Positions 1 to 10,281 of a stretch of DNA of 32,000 nt are shown here, piece after piece. The stretch's first letter is position 1, and every line of letters begins with the position of its first letter. The position numbers and the translations under genes are program-made. The stretch covers positions 1,140,001-1,172,000 of the forward strand of contig NC_018655.1 of assembly GCF_000299365.1 (NCBI RefSeq), read 5' to 3'. Under the pieces are notes generated by a model. It saw only the letters and a list, made by a program, of their open reading frames with translations, searched no databases and had not been told where the DNA came from. This DNA is from Candidatus Nitrosopumilus koreensis AR1. GTDB taxonomy: Archaea > Thermoproteota > Nitrososphaeria > Nitrososphaerales > Nitrosopumilaceae.

Positions 1-841
1 CTCAAACAGATTTTCACCATCGCTAAAAGCCGCACTCAGAGACTGGTTGAAGATAAATGACTGATATGCTTGGATGTAAAATCTTCTCAAAGATAATGGG
101 ATTGAACGTATTGCATGAAAGGCATCATCATGCTCAATCATTTCTTTTATAACAATTCTTTCAATATCCATTTGACGTGGAATCTGATCAAAATATTGTT
201 GGAAATTTTGTTTATCAGCAAGTTTTTGACGAATCTCACTGTTTTCTTTTGAATCATATGATGATGTAAAAGATAAAATCAATTCAATTGCTTTCTCAAA
301 ATTTCTTTGAACAATCGCTTTTCCTATAAGATGTGTTACAGGTCTTTTAGAGCCAAATCGTTGATACCCATAAAAATTCAAGACTTTATCAAACTCTTCA
401 AAAGAAGATAATCCATCAGAACACTCAGAAATTTTAATTCTAAAATGATTTCCAACCATGTCTTTTTTTGATAGAGGTTTTTTTACAAAACCTATTTTTT
501 TCAGAGAATATTTTTCAGTTGAGAAATCTTCAATTGCTTTTCCCTTGTTTCCAGAACAGACAAATTGTTCAGTAACTGCAGATGCATCCTTTAATCCAAG
601 AGATTTTAATCTGATTCCTTTTTTTCTAAAAACATCAGATAATACATGATTAGTGTCAATTTTTTCTTTTTAGTTTGTAAACTGCATATCCATCTTCCTG
701 ATTAATTGTATGTTGTGTTTTCTCTGAAATTTTTTCAAACACTTCAAAATCTTCAGCAGTTGCACGAATTTTTCCACCAATGCCACCGAACTTTGTGCTA
801 TAAACAGAAATCCCTATTTTATAATCTAAATCAGGAATCAC
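1..841 (-). pseudogene. truD: tRNA pseudouridine synthase D (TruD), 3' end cut off by the window edge; reading frame broken near 659-671
   Basis: N-terminal ORF 656..841 (GTG start) reads GISVYSTKFGGIGGKIRATAEDFEVFEKI...GYAVYKLKRKN*. The other frame continues IDTNHVLSDVFRKKGIRLKSLGLKDASAVTEQFVCSG...FYGYQRFGSKRPVTHLIGKAIVQRNF...IPLSLRRFYIQAYQSFIFNQSLS, which is typical of TruD. The frames rejoin if one A is removed from the A-rich run on the minus strand. Confidence 0.85.
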
Positions 842-2445
842 TCTATTGTCACTGTAACATATTTGCTAACTGCAATGTCTGATGATTGAGTTCCAATCAG
901 AATTTTGTATTCTCCTGTAATTGCATCATCAGATGCTGAAATCATTGTATGAATTGTTTGAGCAGAACCAGTAACCAGTTGGAAAGATTCAGAGTCATTT
1001 TCTGCTAGTTCTACATTCAAAAAGTCACGTGTAGGAGACAAGATCAAAGTTCCTCCCAACACCTTATCGGATGATTTTGAAGATAAAATAAAACTGAATT
1101 CTTTAGAATCACCAGGACTAAGAGACATTGTTTCAGAGTCTAATTGAATTTCAAAAGGCAAAGGAACAGACGTGTCAACTACCCCAATATTGTTTTCCAC
1201 CCATTCAGTAAACCAAATTTTCTTCCCATCTACAGCAAAATCAAAGATTTGAGCAAGACCGCAATCAGATACCATCAGACCAGTTCCAGGATCACAATCA
1301 CCCCAGTAAGGATTCTTGGAAGGTATATGGTATTCTACAAGGGATTGAGATTTTGGATCAAATACAGATATGTTATTTGCATTTTGTTCATTGAAAATAA
1401 TTCTGCCTTGATCATCAGAGTCAATCCAATACGGTCTGGATATAGGGGTCTTGATAACACCCGTTTGGTTTCCATAAGTACTAAGCAACGGAGTGGCAGT
1501 TACATATTGAGTAAATTCTTCAGTTACTGGATTAAAACTAAAAAAAGATGATGACGTGGTGTCTGCTAACCAAATCATTCCATCATCAGACACAACGGCT
1601 CCATTTGGAGTTAGTAATTGTACGGGTAATTGATAGATTTCAATAAAGTCAAGTAAAGGTAAGAGTTGTTCATTTGAATTTGCTACAGAGTCAAAATATC
1701 CATTTTGGTTAAATTTTACCAAGACACCTCCCTGCTGGAACAACCAATTTGTAAACCAGACATTGTTTTCTGCATCTACTGTAAAATCAGCAGTAACAGA
1801 ATCATCAACAGGGGAAGGGATGCTAAGATAATTTACATCATCACTTGATTGGTTTGGATCCAAAAAGGTGAGTTTGTTCCCTGTAAAATCATTAATTATG
1901 ATTTTAGAGCCATCAACTTGTAACCTTTGAGGTAAAGAATCACCTTCAGAAGGATATCCAAGTCGATCATACCTTTCATCAATGGTTGAAAATTTCCATA
2001 CAGAGTCAAATGTCTCATCAGTAAACCATACAGAACCATCAGGAGCATAATCAATTCCCCACATCATTGAACGGCCATTTTGTGGCCATGTAGGATTGTC
2101 ATATTCAGTAAATGTTTCAGTTTTAGGATCAAATTTTGCTAGTTTACCAGTATTTGTTTGTGCAAACCAAACATTTCCATCATAATCAGTAACTATTGCA
2201 AGAGGATTTGTGCATTCTGTTGGAATTGAATACTCTGTTACAAAATCAGTCGATTGTGCATTTCCAGAACCACAAAATCTAGGACGATCTGCATCAGGAA
2301 AATTGTCTGCAGGAGTTCCAGTAATTGTTAGTTCAGGATTATCTTCATCAGGTGCAAGTCCAGGAATCGCAATAACAACTCCCGAAGTCACCATAATACC
2401 TCCTAAAAATGCAAAAGCCAAAATTCCTTTGGTCTGTTTTTTCAC
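838..2445 (-). CDS. Secreted/membrane-anchored beta-propeller protein, virginiamycin B lyase (Vgb)/SMP-30-like
   Basis: N-terminal hydrophobic signal (GILAFAFLGGIMVTSGVVIAI). Repeated propeller motifs: GNVWFAQTNTGKLAKFDPKTETFTEY, GSVWFTDETFDSVWKF, NNVWFTNWL, GMIWLADTTSSSFFSFNPVTEEFTQY, KKIWFTEWVENNIGVVD. Its stop overlaps the GTG start of truD. Confidence 0.75.
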   Translation of the reverse strand: MKKQTKGILAFAFLGGIMVTSGVVIAIPGLAPDEDNPELTITGTPADNFPDADRPRFCGSGNAQSTDFVTEYSIPTECTNPLAIVTDYDGNVWFAQTNTGKLAKFDPKTETFTEYDNPTWPQNGRSMMWGIDYAPDGSVWFTDETFDSVWKFSTIDERYDRLGYPSEGDSLPQRLQVDGSKIIINDFTGNKLTFLDPNQSSDDVNYLSIPSPVDDSVTADFTVDAENNVWFTNWLFQQGGVLVKFNQNGYFDSVANSNEQLLPLLDFIEIYQLPVQLLTPNGAVVSDDGMIWLADTTSSSFFSFNPVTEEFTQYVTATPLLSTYGNQTGVIKTPISRPYWIDSDDQGRIIFNEQNANNISVFDPKSQSLVEYHIPSKNPYWGDCDPGTGLMVSDCGLAQIFDFAVDGKKIWFTEWVENNIGVVDTSVPLPFEIQLDSETMSLSPGDSKEFSFILSSKSSDKVLGGTLILSPTRDFLNVELAENDSESFQLVTGSAQTIHTMISASDDAITGEYKILIGTQSSDIAVSKYVTVTIE

Positions 2446-2490
2446 AAATAAAAAAGCGTATTTTCCTTGTTATATCTTATTCCAAAATAT

Positions 2491-2865
2491 CTAAAGTAAT
2501 TTCAAATCTCCAGTTACTTTATCAATCAAGTTTTCAGGTGCAGGACCAATAGATATGCATGTAGTAGTTCCAGGAGCAATTTGAGTATGACCAGCATCTG
2601 TAACCTCAGACCAGGGCAAATTCAAATCAATTGCATGTTTCTTTACTTCTTGTAAATCCTTAATGCCAGACACTTTGACCACTACTTTTTCTTGTCCACC
2701 CCACCACTGTTCATACCATTCAGGATGAGATTTTCGCACATGTTCTGCACCAAGAACACAAGCATGTCCCACTTGTGCAGCAATCTTTCCTTTTCCCATT
2801 TCAAGATCAGTTCTAACAACTATTACTTGTTTGATTTCTCCCATAACATTATCTAAAGTAGGCAT
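2491..2865 (-). CDS. pth2: Archaeal-type peptidyl-tRNA hydrolase (Pth2)
   Basis: KQVIVVRTDLEMGKGKIAAQVGHACVLGA...VVKVSGIKDLQEVKKHAIDLNLPWSEVTDAGHTQIAPGTTTCISIGPAPENLIDKVTGDLKLL is the diagnostic Pth2 pattern. Confidence 0.93.
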   Translation of the reverse strand: MPTLDNVMGEIKQVIVVRTDLEMGKGKIAAQVGHACVLGAEHVRKSHPEWYEQWWGGQEKVVVKVSGIKDLQEVKKHAIDLNLPWSEVTDAGHTQIAPGTTTCISIGPAPENLIDKVTGDLKLL

Positions 2866-2910
2866 AATGAAAAACTTTTGAATTAAATAATTGACAAAGA
2901 AACAAAAACT

Positions 2911-4047
2911 GTGTACTTTGATGTAGTGATTGCAGGCGGAAGTGTTGCAGGATTATTATGTGCAAGAGAAATATCTGCAGAGGGTTTTTCAGTACTAGTA
3001 ATTGAAGAGGATTACGAGATTGGGACCCCCGAGCATTGTGGAGGGCTTGTAAGCATTTCAGGGCTAGAAGAACTTGGAATAATTCCATTTAGAAAAACTT
3101 TTGATCACATGATAGAATCAGCTAAAATCACTGCCCCAAACGGCAAAAGTTTTTCGATAAATTCAAAAAATCAAAAAGTCATCGAAATTAGCAGAAGGGA
3201 ATTAGACAAACAGATAGCTTTTCAAGCTCAAAAAAATGGGGCCGTGATCAAAGTTAGAACCAGTTTTCAAGAAATCACAGATACTGGAATCAGAACCAAA
3301 GACGAAAATATTGATTGTAAAATTTTTGTCGATGCAAGAGGTGTATCATCTTTGATTCACAAAGACAGAACAGGAATTTTATCATCTGCGCAGTATGAAA
3401 TCTATGCAGATTGGATAAAAAAAGGCAAGGTCGAGGTAATTTTTGATCAAGAAAAATATCCAAGATTTTTTGCATGGATAATTCCATCAGGTGATGGAAA
3501 AGGTAAAGTCGGAGTTGCAGGAAAAGGAATCAGCGTTACTGAAACACTAGACAAAATTCTTGAAGAAAGAGGAAATTACTCTACAATTAGAAAAATTTTT
3601 GCGCCAATTTGGATAAAGGGACCAATTGAAAAATTTGTAGTGGATAATACCGTGATTGTAGGAGATGCAGCAGGTCAGGCAAAACCAACAACTGCAGGGG
3701 GCATATTTACTAGTGGAATGGGAGGAGTTTATGCAGGACAAGCGATTTCAAGGTTTCTAAAAACAAATGACAAATCCAAACTAGAAGAATATCAAAGTAA
3801 ATGGATGGACAGATTTGGAAAGGAATTTGAAAAACAAATTTTTGCAAGGAAAATTTTAGAGAGACTTGATAACAACACAATCAACAAATTGTTTGAATCA
3901 ATCACACCAGAGATACTCAAAGACATATCAGAAAAAGATGACTTTGATTTTCATACGGGTTCTATTGTAAAGTTATTAGGATTGAAAGGATCAATCAAAA
4001 CAGCCCAGACACTTATTGGCGGAGAATTTAAAAAATTACTCCGGTAA
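2911..4047 (+). CDS. FAD-dependent oxidoreductase, geranylgeranyl reductase family
   Basis: FAD-binding start DVVIAGGSVAGLLCAREISAEGFSVLVIEE, then GLVSISGL and VDNTVIVGDAAGQAKPTTAGGIFTSGMGGVYAGQ. Confidence 0.85.
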   Translation: MYFDVVIAGGSVAGLLCAREISAEGFSVLVIEEDYEIGTPEHCGGLVSISGLEELGIIPFRKTFDHMIESAKITAPNGKSFSINSKNQKVIEISRRELDKQIAFQAQKNGAVIKVRTSFQEITDTGIRTKDENIDCKIFVDARGVSSLIHKDRTGILSSAQYEIYADWIKKGKVEVIFDQEKYPRFFAWIIPSGDGKGKVGVAGKGISVTETLDKILEERGNYSTIRKIFAPIWIKGPIEKFVVDNTVIVGDAAGQAKPTTAGGIFTSGMGGVYAGQAISRFLKTNDKSKLEEYQSKWMDRFGKEFEKQIFARKILERLDNNTINKLFESITPEILKDISEKDDFDFHTGSIVKLLGLKGSIKTAQTLIGGEFKKLLR

Positions 4048-4076
4048 AACATGCCTAAATTTCAAGGAAGGTATAA

Positions 4077-4569
<493 letters not shown>

Positions 4570-4577
4570 GTGGTTTT

Positions 4578-6746
4578 TTGGTACGCAAAGAAGAACCTTT
4601 GCAAATGCGAATAGGAGAAGCAAAACAAAGAGACGTAGGTAAAAAGCGAGCTCGAATTGGTCCCGAGGCAATGGACTTTCTTAAAGTTACTCCAGGAGAT
4701 ATTGTGGAAGTCATGGGTTCTAGGACTAGTTGTGCAGTAATTTGGCCAGTTGACGAAGATGAGAAATTTCCAGACATCATAAGAGTTGACGGACAAACAA
4801 GAAAGAATGTGGGTGCATCTCTAAACGACATTGTAAAGATTAGAAAAGTTACATCAAAGATGGCAAAAACAGTTTCATTAACTCCAGTAAATGACACAGT
4901 CACAGTAGACAAAGAGTTTACAGATTTTGTGAAAAACAGATTGAAAGGATTGCCAATTACACATGGTGATGAAATATCAGTAATGATTTTAGGAAATTCC
5001 ATGGATTTTAAAATTACAAAGACTACACCAAAAGGAGTAGTAAAGATTGACCGCTCCACCACATTAAACATTTCAACTGAAACTGCAGTGGACAGAAAGG
5101 TCAGAGTAACCTATGAAGAAGTTGGTGGATTAAGAGAAAAAGTAAAAGCAATGAGAGAGATAGTAGAGCTCCCATTAAAACACCCAGAACTATTTGCCAG
5201 ATTAGGAATTGAACCTCACAGTGGAATCTTACTTTATGGACCACCTGGTTGTGGAAAGACTTTGCTTGCAAAAGTATTGGCAAGTGAATCAGAAGCTAAC
5301 ATGTTTCCAATCAACGGTCCAGAAATTATGAACAAGTATTATGGTGAGACAGAAGCAAAGCTAAGAGATATTTTCAAAGAAGCAAAAGACAACTCTCCAA
5401 GCATTATTTTCATTGATGAAATTGATGCAATTGCTCCAAAAAGAGAAGAAGCTTATGGAGATGTTGAAAAAAGAGTTGTCGCACAACTTTTGGCATTAAT
5501 GGATGGTCTAAATGACAGGGGAAATGTCATTGTTCTTGGAGCAACAAACAGACCAGACAGTGTAGATCCCGCACTTCGAAGACCAGGCAGATTTGACAGA
5601 GAGTTTGAGATCTCAGTTCCAAACGAGGATGGAAGAATAGAGATTCTTCAAATCCACACACGAGGCATGCCAATTGATGAGGATGTAGATCTAAAAGATT
5701 TAGCATCAGAATTACATGGATACACAGGAGCAGACATCAAATCATTATGCAGAGAAGCTGCGATGAAATCAATTAGAAGGTATTTGCCTGAAATAGATCT
5801 TGAGACAGAAAAGATACCTTCAGAAGTATTACAATCAATGAAGATAAAATTAATCGATTTTTACGATGCAATGCACGAGGTTGTCCCAACTGCAATGAGG
5901 GAGTTCTATGTCGAACGACCCAAAGTTTGGTGGCAAGACGTTGGCGGACTAGATGAAATCAAAAAAGCATTAACAGATAATCTGATTTTAGCTATGAATG
6001 AACCAAATAAATTTACAAAGATGGGAATCAAACCGCCAAAAGGTGCATTAATTTACGGACCACCAGGATGTGGGAAAACTCTGCTTGGCAGAGCTCTTGC
6101 AACTGAAACTGGTGCAAACATGATTTTGGTTAGAGGACCAGAAATTCTTTCAAAATGGGTTGGAGAATCTGAAAAAGCAGTTAGAGAAATTTTCAGAAAG
6201 GCGAAAGCATCATCTCCATGTGTAGTCATTTTTGACGAGTTAGACTCACTTGCACGCAATAAATCAGGAGAAGGAGGAGTGGGTGAAAACATCCTAAGCC
6301 AACTACTTACAGAGATTGAAGAAGGAATTTCTTCACGTGTTGTAGTTATTGGAATTACAAATAGACCAGATGTGGTAGATAATTCATTGTTAAGAACTGG
6401 AAGATTAGATTTAGTTCTGTATGTTTCCCCTCCAGATGAGAAAGGAAGATTAGAGATCATTAAAATTTTGACAAAAAAAATGCCACTAACAAATGATGTA
6501 AAATTACAAGAGATTGCAGTTGCAACTCAAAATTATACGGGTGCAGATTTGGCAGCATTATGTAGAGAAGCAGCAGTTCAGGCCATGCAAAACAATGCAA
6601 CAAAAATATCCAGTCAAGACTTTGCAAATAGTTTGAAACGTGTAAGACCATCAATTACAAAAGAAGTTGATCAATGGTATAATTCAGTGAAGGAAAGTAT
6701 ATCTAACGTGGTACCAAAGACAGGAGATAAAACATTCTACGGATAA
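4578..6746 (+). CDS. cdc48: CDC48/VCP-type AAA+ ATPase with two AAA domains
   Basis: Cdc48 N-domain followed by two AAA modules: [17 protein letters not shown]...[36 protein letters not shown], and [17 protein letters not shown]...[15 protein letters not shown]. Probable TTG start. Confidence 0.96.
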   Translation: MVRKEEPLQMRIGEAKQRDVGKKRARIGPEAMDFLKVTPGDIVEVMGSRTSCAVIWPVDEDEKFPDIIRVDGQTRKNVGASLNDIVKIRKVTSKMAKTVSLTPVNDTVTVDKEFTDFVKNRLKGLPITHGDEISVMILGNSMDFKITKTTPKGVVKIDRSTTLNISTETAVDRKVRVTYEEVGGLREKVKAMREIVELPLKHPELFARLGIEPHSGILLYGPPGCGKTLLAKVLASESEANMFPINGPEIMNKYYGETEAKLRDIFKEAKDNSPSIIFIDEIDAIAPKREEAYGDVEKRVVAQLLALMDGLNDRGNVIVLGATNRPDSVDPALRRPGRFDREFEISVPNEDGRIEILQIHTRGMPIDEDVDLKDLASELHGYTGADIKSLCREAAMKSIRRYLPEIDLETEKIPSEVLQSMKIKLIDFYDAMHEVVPTAMREFYVERPKVWWQDVGGLDEIKKALTDNLILAMNEPNKFTKMGIKPPKGALIYGPPGCGKTLLGRALATETGANMILVRGPEILSKWVGESEKAVREIFRKAKASSPCVVIFDELDSLARNKSGEGGVGENILSQLLTEIEEGISSRVVVIGITNRPDVVDNSLLRTGRLDLVLYVSPPDEKGRLEIIKILTKKMPLTNDVKLQEIAVATQNYTGADLAALCREAAVQAMQNNATKISSQDFANSLKRVRPSITKEVDQWYNSVKESISNVVPKTGDKTFYG

Positions 6747-6748
6747 AA

Positions 6749-7045
6749 ATGACAATACCAATCAGAAATACAGTGTTTGACAAAATTAAAGAAGCAGGTT
6801 CATTAACAGATGTTGAGCTTTACAAAATTTTAACAAAAGAGGGCTTTGCCATTACAGAAGCCAGATTCAACAAGATACTTTTAGATTTAGAAATTCTTGG
6901 ACTCATCAAAGTATCTTGGATTACAAAAGATGAGCGCAGAATTGAGGTTTTCTTAGAAGAAATTGAAGTCGATGAAGTCGATGAACAAAATAAAGAAATG
7001 ATGGAAAAAGACTACGAAGCAAGTTTTCCAGGTTTTGAAAAATAA
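6749..7045 (+). CDS. Small winged-helix-like protein in the cdc48 transcription unit
   Basis: Starts 3 nt after the cdc48 stop. Helix-turn-helix-like pattern GSLTDVELYKILTKEGFAITEARFNKILLDLEILGLIKVSW with an acidic C-terminus. Confidence 0.65.
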   Translation: MTIPIRNTVFDKIKEAGSLTDVELYKILTKEGFAITEARFNKILLDLEILGLIKVSWITKDERRIEVFLEEIEVDEVDEQNKEMMEKDYEASFPGFEK

Positions 7046-7047
7046 TT

Positions 7048-7941
7048 CTAAAACAAAGGAATATGAAATGCTGCATCTAGTGCAACTGCTACAAAAATTA
7101 TTGTAAGATACGGAGCAGTAACTTTGTATGCTTTCCAAGCAAATTCAGATGTAGGAGTCTTTGTAAGTTTGTAATGATATGCCAACATCAATCCACCAGA
7201 CACAGCTGCAATTACAGTATAAACAACACCCAATCCATCAGGGATAAACGAGAGAATTAAAGAATAAGGAAGCAAGATTATCGTGTTTCCCAAAATATAC
7301 TTTGATGTTTTTTGCATCCCAATTACAACAGGCAACATTGGAACCTTAGCTTGTGCATATTCGTCTTTGATCTTCATTGCAAGACACCAAAAATGCGAAG
7401 GTGTCCAAACAAATACAAGAAATCCAACTAAGAATCCCAAAAGATCCATGCTTCCAGTAGCTGCAGACCAGCCAGCCCATGCAGCTGCACTGCCAGCAAT
7501 TCCACCAATTACAATGTTTGAAGTGTTTAGACGTTTTAGCCAAGCAGTATAGATAATAACGTAAGAGAAAATTCCAACTGCAATAAAGAATGCAGAAACA
7601 GCATTTAATGCAAAGAATCCGTAAATTACAGAGACGCAACTAACAACCAATCCATATATCAAAACATGAGACGCTGTCATTCGTCCTGAAGGAATAGGCC
7701 GTTTGCTTGTTCGCTCCATTTTAGGATCAATGTCTCTATCATAATAGTGATTTAGGGCACTAGAACCAGCAGATGCCAATGCACCAGCAATAATGATATG
7801 CATATATGACCAATAATCAAGTTCAGGAGCACCTGGAACAAGCTTGCTTGCGGCATACATCGAAGTAACCGCAGTAATTACTAGAAGAACAACTATCCTT
7901 GGTTTGGATATTTCCATTATCTCATTGAATCCCAATCTCAC
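7048..7941 (-). CDS. ctaB: Protoheme IX farnesyltransferase (heme O synthase); likely start at the internal Met before EISKPRIV
   Basis: EISKPRIVVLLVITAVTSMYAA...SSALNHYYDRDIDPKMERTSKRPIPSGR...NIVIGGIAGSAAAWAGWSAATG...LVFVWTPSHFWCLAM, a UbiA/CtaB family signature. Confidence 0.95.
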   Translation of the reverse strand: MRLGFNEIMEISKPRIVVLLVITAVTSMYAASKLVPGAPELDYWSYMHIIIAGALASAGSSALNHYYDRDIDPKMERTSKRPIPSGRMTASHVLIYGLVVSCVSVIYGFFALNAVSAFFIAVGIFSYVIIYTAWLKRLNTSNIVIGGIAGSAAAWAGWSAATGSMDLLGFLVGFLVFVWTPSHFWCLAMKIKDEYAQAKVPMLPVVIGMQKTSKYILGNTIILLPYSLILSFIPDGLGVVYTVIAAVSGGLMLAYHYKLTKTPTSEFAWKAYKVTAPYLTIIFVAVALDAAFHIPLF

Positions 7942-8033
7942 TCTATCCTAGTCCAAAGCCATTTAATTTCTTCGTCCATTGATCCATAACATTTCAAAAG
8001 GAATAAGTATCTCAGCCCTACCAGCTACGTTAA

Positions 8034-9128
8034 ATGAGTAATTGGGACCTCATGATGCCGGGAATGGGACTCACATCCATAGGATTGGCTGGAGTCGTCT
8101 TATCATATGCAGGAATAGCACATACATTCATTGATGGAATGCATGCCTTGACTGGTCTTACCATGTTTGTAGGGCTAATCTTCTTATCTGCAGGCATCTT
8201 AGATGGAGGAATCTCAACTAGCAATAGAGCAAAAGCAACAGTGTTGGTAATTGCATCTATTGCATTAGGATTTGGAGCATTTGCATTTACAATGAATACT
8301 TCTGCATATACAGTCACTATAGCGGGAATTTTAATGGGAATTGCATTTCCAGCAATCATCATAGCGTATCTTGCAATGAAGCATCCACCATACTTGAAGC
8401 CAGTAGGCTCTATTGTAGCAATGGCATCAGCCGTAGGAATCATTGCATGGGTCGCATTTGGATTTGTTAGTCCAGACACATATATGATTCCTCAAGAAAT
8501 TACAGTTGAAGAACCAAGTGCCAAAGAAGTTGCACCAACAGGACCCATCTTTGCAATTGAAATTCTTGAAGGTTCATCCCAAGAAGGAAATCCTGATTTC
8601 GATCCTGATGCAGCAGTTGTTCAACAAGGACATGTAGTTAAATGGACAAATACAGACTCTGTTGCACATACTGCAACTAGTGCTGCAGACTTTGGAGAAA
8701 CATTTGATACAGGGTTGTTAGGAGCAGGCGAATCATTTACACTTGATACTACTAATTTAGAAACTGGCGAGTATGAATATTTCTGTATTGTACATCCTTG
8801 GATGGTTGCAACATTAACAATTGAAGCAGCAAAGGAACCAATCAAAGTTGTAATACCAGAAGGTGCAGCAATTCCAGAAGAGGGTAAAATCTATTATGAT
8901 CCCGAAGTAATTACAGTATCGGTAGGAGATACTGTTCAATGGGAGAATGCAGACAATACAGTACACACAGCAACATCAGGGCAACCACCTACAGATGCAA
9001 CAGGAGTTTTTGATTCTGAGATGATGTCAGCAGGAGATAGTTTTGAATTTACGTTTACAGAAGCAGGAAGTTATGATTATTACTGTACATTCCATCCATG
9101 GATGGTAGGAACTGTTAACGTAGAATAG
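8034..9128 (+). CDS. Multi-spanning membrane protein fused to two C-terminal plastocyanin-like (type-1 copper) domains
   Basis: About five hydrophobic N-terminal segments, then two cupredoxin repeats: VVQQGHVVKWTNTDSVAHTATS...YEYFCIVHPWM and TVSVGDTVQWENADNTVHTATS...YDYYCTFHPWMVGTVNV, with H...C-x-x-H-x-x-M ligand spacing. Confidence 0.9.
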   Translation: MSNWDLMMPGMGLTSIGLAGVVLSYAGIAHTFIDGMHALTGLTMFVGLIFLSAGILDGGISTSNRAKATVLVIASIALGFGAFAFTMNTSAYTVTIAGILMGIAFPAIIIAYLAMKHPPYLKPVGSIVAMASAVGIIAWVAFGFVSPDTYMIPQEITVEEPSAKEVAPTGPIFAIEILEGSSQEGNPDFDPDAAVVQQGHVVKWTNTDSVAHTATSAADFGETFDTGLLGAGESFTLDTTNLETGEYEYFCIVHPWMVATLTIEAAKEPIKVVIPEGAAIPEEGKIYYDPEVITVSVGDTVQWENADNTVHTATSGQPPTDATGVFDSEMMSAGDSFEFTFTEAGSYDYYCTFHPWMVGTVNVE

Positions 9129-9130
9129 AT

Positions 9131-9523
9131 TTGCAGAAAATCATCTTATCAAGTTCAGACAAGAAAATTCTTACAGAACATGCTGAAAATGAAAAACCAA
9201 ACGAATCATGCGCCATACTATTTGGTAAAAATGAAACAGTATCAGAGATATTTTTGACAAAAAATATTGAAGAATCACCAGTAAATTTTACCATTTCAAA
9301 TGAGCAGCTTATTGAAGGATACAAGACTGCCGAAGAAAAAAACGTGGATGTGATAGGCATTTTTCATTCGCATCCAAATTCAGAGGCATATCCATCAAGT
9401 ACAGACAAGAAATTCATGCAGAGCAATCCTGTTGCATGGATAATTTACTCTGGCGAAAACAAGGATTTTAGAGCATATAGGTTAGAATCAGAAATTATAG
9501 AAATTCCAATTGAGGAAAAATAG
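9131..9523 (+). CDS. JAMM/MPN (Mov34) family metalloprotease, probable TTG start
   Basis: ESCAILFGK...DVIGIFHSHPNSEAYPSSTDKKFM matches the JAMM E...HSHP...SxxD motif. Starts 3 nt after the upstream stop. Confidence 0.85.
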   Translation: MQKIILSSSDKKILTEHAENEKPNESCAILFGKNETVSEIFLTKNIEESPVNFTISNEQLIEGYKTAEEKNVDVIGIFHSHPNSEAYPSSTDKKFMQSNPVAWIIYSGENKDFRAYRLESEIIEIPIEEK

Positions 9524-9931
9524 TTAGGCCCGTCTAAACGTGGCTCTTGTTCCATCAGCCACATCAAGAATTGATTTGTCAGGAGAAATTATTTTTCCAA
9601 TAATGTTAACTGGAGATGCAGGAGTTATCTCCCCAGGATTACCAATAGGAGTAGAACCATAAAACAAGCAGATAGCCTTTCCCGTAGGCCAATAGGCCAC
9701 ATCATTTAATTGAACAGGAGACTGGGCATTTTCTTCAGGTTGATTAATTGGAGAATTTGATGAATAGATTTCATCACCCCAAACATTAAGATCCACGGTA
9801 AATTGTAATTTTTCAACAAACTCGTTTACTGTTTTTGGGGAATTAGAATCATCTAACTCTAAGATTATTTTTGAGGATTCTATATCAACATGAATTGTGT
9901 GTTTCATTATTTTGTAAAGGGTTTGACACAC
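9524..9931 (-). CDS. Cyclophilin-like fold protein (TM1367-like); likely start at Met 9907
   Basis: FTVDLNVWGDEIYSS...NDVAYWPTGKAICLFYGSTPIGNPGEITPASPVNIIGKI is typical of the cyclophilin-like family found in archaea. Confidence 0.75.
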   Translation of the reverse strand: MCQTLYKIMKHTIHVDIESSKIILELDDSNSPKTVNEFVEKLQFTVDLNVWGDEIYSSNSPINQPEENAQSPVQLNDVAYWPTGKAICLFYGSTPIGNPGEITPASPVNIIGKIISPDKSILDVADGTRATFRRA

Positions 9932-9941
9932 ATAAGAATAC

Positions 9942-10052
9942 TTAGTTTATGCGGTCTCGCAACTGATGACAATCACATATGCAACCTTTTTGACATTTCA
10001 TTCGTTTACAATCAGAACATACATGTCTATCCCAATACGGTGCGGTGTTCAT
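9942..10052 (-). CDS. 36-aa cysteine-rich microprotein (not in the supplied ORF track)
   Basis: Manual translation: MNTAPYWDRHVCSDCKRMKCQKGCICDCHQLRDRIN*. Six Cys and flanking His in a compact metal-site-like arrangement. ATG lies 1 nt after the stop of the upstream ORF 10054..10275. Confidence 0.5.
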   Translation of the reverse strand: MNTAPYWDRHVCSDCKRMKCQKGCICDCHQLRDRIN

Positions 10053-10053
10053 A

Positions 10054-10275
10054 TCAATATCTCTGAGTAATTTTGTATGTTCCTCTTTTCATCAATATAA
10101 TGATCCTCAACAAAAATACAATCCAAATTCCCATTAATAGAAAATAAAGTATGTCTATGCCAGAAGATTCTGGGATTGGTGGTTCATTAGGTTCTTCAGG
10201 CAGATCAAACGTAGGCACATAAGTGATTCCTAAAAAAACAGGAATTGCAATCAAGATTACGATTGGGAGAACCAT
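10054..10275 (-). CDS. Small membrane protein with two predicted TM segments
   Basis: IVILIAIPVFLGITYVP and GIDILYFLLMGIWIVFLLRIIILM, with a basic C-terminus. Placed in a tight minus-strand gene series. Confidence 0.5.
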   Translation of the reverse strand: MVLPIVILIAIPVFLGITYVPTFDLPEEPNEPPIPESSGIDILYFLLMGIWIVFLLRIIILMKRGTYKITQRY

Positions 10276-10281
10276 ATCTAT

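Noticed and set aside
458-649. Plus-strand 63-aa ORF in the supplied track
   Set aside because: Fully antisense to convincing TruD coding sequence; composition reads as a shadow frame.
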